A stretch of 64,000 nt of DNA from Bugula neritina. Lineage: Eukaryota; Animalia; Bryozoa. The translations under genes and the position numbers were made by a program. The notes beneath the pieces were generated by a model that was given only the letters and a program-made list of their open reading frames with translations, searched no databases and had not been told where the DNA came from. The stretch is from the NCBI GenBank assembly GCA_964035545.1, contig OZ037766.1, positions 29,514,640 to 29,578,639 on the forward strand. Direction: 5' to 3'. Of this stretch, positions 59,501 to 64,000 are shown one piece after another; position 1 is the first letter of the stretch; each line of letters opens with the position of its first letter.

Positions 59501-60902
59501 GGCCTAGCTCGACTTGTAACAGTCAAAGAATCTTTTCAAAGTGTGAGTAAAGACTAAGATTTTAACAAAAAATATTTTAACATTATCCTATAGCGCTAGC
59601 AATATAGATGAAGCTTATAATATAATATTTATATTATATTATGCTTATAGAGATGCATGTATGTAACGAGTTGATTATAATATTATAAGAAATGAGCTCT
59701 TAGGCACATAATACAATATATGCAACCTTGATTAATATTTTTTTCAAACAACATGTTTTAATGCGGTTAATAAAACTTTATAATCAAAGTGTTTTATATA
59801 GCTAGTTATATATATTATATAAGTTATGAGATAGGCTAGTTAAGTTATATATGCAGATGTTATATAAATAGTACCATATGGTACATAATATAGTTATATA
59901 AAATATATAGTATGAATGGTGTAACTTAAACTATAAGCAGCTTTAATAATTGTTATACCAAAAAATACTTTAGGAAACTTTTCTAAATATTATAACTTCA
60001 TTCACTAAATTTAATAGCTGATATAATAATTATTATATTTTATAAAATTATGATATTTTACTTTTGCACCAATTAAATACTATTTATCTGCTACAGAATG
60101 AAGAATTATATGCTGGGCTTCCAAATACCACCAACAGTTATTACAACGTAGCCTGTAGACACAGGTTATATAAGTCACCTTACTTGAAAGCTAAGCTTAC
60201 TGAAACCTGCTCTAAACTTCTCTCCCGTGTGAGTATGAAGTATTCATTTTTTAAGTAAAGTAAGCAAAAGATCTGTTTAGATGTAATTGCACAATTACTT
60301 TTCATGGTTAAATTTTGCAAATTGTATTACAGTAGTTTCATTTACAAAAAAATAATTATGCACTGAAAAGTCAGGAAACAAGTTGACAGCATTTAGGATT
60401 TGAATGCCAATTATTTAGGTAGCTTGCAGAACTTTTATTTGCTTATGACATTTTGAAAATAACTTAAACATTACAGTGTTTGTATGCAGATGCAGCACCA
60501 AATAGTATAAAAAGATAGTTCATTCTCAAAACAGGGCTGTTGAATAGTTAAGAAATATTTTAATTTTTACAACAGATGAAACTATCCGGTGACTTGAAGA
60601 CTTATGCTGAAGAGCAAACAGTGCTGAGATGTCTCCATCAAGTGGTAGCTCTGATAGAAGAAGTACATAATCTGCTGGAATTCTGTACTGTACTCAACTC
60701 CGTAACTAACGGCAACGCATACGCAGTTCCCAGCATAGCTTTACTTTCTTATCAAGTGAGTTGTCTTGAAAGTGAGTTAAATGCAAGGACATTAAATTCT
60801 GTTAAATTTTCCTACAAAAGTGTTAAGAAGCAGCAAGAGCAGCTTATACAGGAAATCTCATATGTCATATCAAACCAGAAAGTTGGCAGAGATAGCATTT
60901 GA
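53577..60902 (+). CDS. Ariadne-like RBR-family protein: RING1, degenerate IBR, helical C-terminus, no RING2 found (~775 aa, 11 exons)
   Basis: Exons 53577-53867, 54566-54851, 55205-55324, 55783-56173, 56614-56748, 57444-57543, 57780-58135, 58445-58593, 59502-59542, 60097-60228, 60576-60902; frame closes (start codon and the donor at 56173 are less certain). RING1: CGMC...PCQHYFCNDCW..YL...INCPEYGC. IBR: CPNNVC...ECCFCCRNEPHWPLTC. Confidence 0.8.
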
Positions 60903-61948
60903 TGCTGTATATATACTCTATAATAAAAGATACAACTCTGTATTCAGATTGTATAATAGGCAGCAACTGAAGAATTAAGTTCTAATAAATCGAGTGTATA
61001 TTTATAAATCATAATGATCACTTCTCTCTTTTGTCTACCCTCTAAAATCAAATAATTGTTTAATGCGTTTTTACTTTTCAAATTTTTGGTTATGTTGATT
61101 TTTTAACAAATATATAACTTTAATATAATAAAAAAAGTTGCATTTCATATATGATATTAAAACTGTTTTGTTTTTATTTTTGCTATAATATTATTTTGAT
61201 GTTTGATACTGGTTATTGATTTTATGCTTTATTTCAATTGCAATTTTTTAATAATTGTTCTTTTTAAGAAATTACTATTTTTGGTAAAATTTATAAACTT
61301 GATTCTTTATCTTTCCGTTGTTAAAATAGCAATACTTAGCTCAATCTCATTATTTTATGCATCCTTTTCTACGCTTTTCATGTTTTTTAATGTTTTTTAA
61401 ATTTATTTAATTTAAAATTTAGCTTGTAGATGTAGAGTAGTAAAAATGTAGAACAATGAAATAAACCTTTCTAAAAATTTAGGTCTTTACTAAAATTACA
61501 GCTTCCTGTTTATAGTCAATCAATCTTTTATATGATCACTTTCTGAATGACCTCCAATAAAAGTTCTTTTCAACCTCATTGTTTATCTATTTACTTTGAC
61601 CTGCTAAAATTATATTATTCTACCAGCAAGCTCTGTTTGGTTATTTGCTTCAATTTCTACTAGATGAATAATTTTATATAGACCAAAAATACTTGCACAC
61701 TCATAGCTATACGGATTAAAAAGCATGAATGTATATTATTTTTTGAATTTATTGTGTGAAATATAAAATAATGTATAGAATTACCATACCATAGTTTAAT
61801 CATGTATACTACAAAAAAATATTGTTAAACTAGTGATATTGATAAAAACCACATAATAAAAAAGCATACAAGCATTATATATTATTGTTATTATTCTATA
61901 ACATAAAGCATGCAGTCTGGTGCATGAGATTCCCAGCATTTTTTTTGT

Positions 61949-63639
61949 TCATGATATCATTTTCTTTAGACCAAGGACACCCGACTCCTTTCTTATAGCT
62001 TCAGGTAGAGGGTAGACTAAAACAAATGGGTTACATAATCAGGTTACAAAACAAAAGAAGTAATTGAACCTTTGATACCATTAAAACTAATTCATAAAAT
62101 AGCCCTATATATAATATATTATAGGAAATTTGTTTTAATCCGGAGATAGATTAGCCATCATAGAATCAATGTAGTGTTAGTATAAATCTAAAATTAAGCT
62201 GATTCTCAATCTATATGGAGATGAATATATGCTGGTTAGATTTTTATTTCACATAATAATTTAAAGTTGCTATAAATAAAATTCAGATCAATTCAAAATA
62301 AGTTTTCTTATATATTAAATTGTATTTTATATAGTACCATACAATAATATGTTATTGGACAATATTACTGAGTATTATGGACTATTTTGTTGCAACATTC
62401 AATAGCATTGCTAGCAGCTATAATGAAGTAAAAGTTTCAAAACTTCTCAGATTCTGCCATACACACCTTCAATCTCAGTAATGCCACCATTAAACACTAT
62501 GCGTAGTTTTCCTTCTGATCGAACTTTGATTTGCCACCATGTAACCTCTGTTCCAAATCCAACGCATTCTATGGGAAAACAAAATGTGCAATTTGCAAGT
62601 ACATATTTTTACTAGCATTTGTAATGCAAAGAACTAAGTAACAAATTCAAGTTACATAGATCTTTTACAGTGTCACTACTCACTACACACTTTACCATTG
62701 TTTTCTGGGAAATTCTGGGAAACAGAGCAATATCATTGTTTGTGTTTCCATTATATATTATGCTACACAATAGTTTTATAATTTCGTTCAAAATATTTGG
62801 ACTGGGCTGACTGGCTTTATACTAGTAGCTGGTTAATTGAAATAATTCTTTTTACAATTTGTGAGCCTGCATGTAGTATATATAATGTAAAATATGTAAT
62901 CAATTTTGTATATATTGTATAGTTTATATATATATATATATTTTTTTTTATATTTTTTTATAATTTAGTATACCACAGTCAAGTTTGCTCTAAAACTCAA
63001 TAAATTCTTAGGATAATACTGCAAATGAAATTATCAAAATTATAAATAATTATACCCTTATATTAACCTGCTATTGCTTTGGATCTTTGCACCAGGCTTG
63101 ATAGTTGTTTAATGTTTAAATAAATCTGATGAGCATTAGTACCTTTGTCTAATAATTATGTTTATAAATAAGATTGCTTTTAGCTCACCCTTATTGTATA
63201 CTTTGACATTGACATGTGTTGGTGAACTTTTAGATAAATGCTCTATCCAGGACTGCAGTGTCTGTTTGTTGTGCCACGTCTCCCAAAGCTGTTCTTTCTG
63301 CTCTAGATTGTAGATTAGCAGTTGTGATTGACTTTCATGAAGCTTATCTAGTTTATTAAAATATTGATAGAATTGAAAATCATTCATTAATTATATAATG
63401 GAGTATTGCAATCTACAGCTATGGTTCATTGTAAACTACATCAGCATGTGCACAAGAGCACCTGTTAACGAGGGCACCTGTCAATGGTATTCATAGCATA
63501 GCTGTCAGCTCTATATACTTACATGAAAGATGAGGTGTGGAAGTACAGACTGTAGTAGAAAACTTGGGCAGTTGTCTATGGAGGGTCACAAATATGATTA
63601 CGCTTGTCACGGTTGTTATTGTCAGCACGCATGCTCCAA
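61949..63639 (-). CDS. 3' part of an uncharacterised single-pass membrane protein gene (5' end not located, probably beyond the window)
   Basis: Exons 63639-63523, 63347-63189, 62568-62467, 62016-61949; phase-1 introns, internal exon lengths multiples of 3. Translation ...GACVLTITTVTSVIIFVTLHRQLP...QLWETWHNKQTLQSWIEHL...NKECVGFGTEVTWWQIKVRSEGKLRIVFNGGITEIEVYPLPEAIRKESGVLGLKKMIS*. Confidence 0.65.
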
Positions 63640-64000
63640 CTAATAAAATAAACCGTAACAAATATATTCATTAAAATCTATTTTCCTATATATGAATAAA
63701 TTTTTACAAAGTATATTTTAATTGTGACTATAGGAAAAGTAAACTTGCTGAAAGAAACTATAGATTGTGACTGCATTGATTAATCTCTCAACTTGTGTCA
63801 TGAAAGTCTTTAAAGAGCTATATGATTGTAAATATGGCGGCATTAAATTTTAAGTTCTTGCAGCCTTTTGAATAGTTCTTCAATACTTGGTTCAGCTACT
63901 TTAAATAAATCTAGCATTGTGATGTCACTTTATATAATAATATATAACAAATATATAAAATGTGTCCGTTGGTATTAACTAAATCAATAAAATTACATGA

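Overview
AT-rich, intron-containing eukaryotic DNA, probably an invertebrate animal (taxon is inference only). Most ORF-track entries are microsatellite or low-complexity artefacts, so genes were rebuilt by hand from GT-AG junctions with consistent phases. Left to right: three tandem TMEM272-like membrane protein genes (-); a 4-coding-exon, 152-aa secreted prepropeptide with KR/RKR/RR sites and a two-Cys peptide I cannot assign to a known family (-, the most interesting item); a secreted WSC + NHL-like + PAN/apple gene (+) with an in-frame stop in exon 2 and a truncated CR1/L2-like LINE in intron 1; a GM2-activator/ML-domain gene (+); an arfaptin gene (-) with minisatellites that duplicate its own splice sites; a head-to-head Ariadne-like RBR gene (+) that seems to lack the catalytic RING2; and the 3' part of an unknown single-pass membrane protein gene (-). 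Also present: long microsatellites, two near-perfect intronic palindromes, a dispersed ~80-bp repeat and a probable solo LTR. No rRNA, tRNA or CRISPR array was seen.
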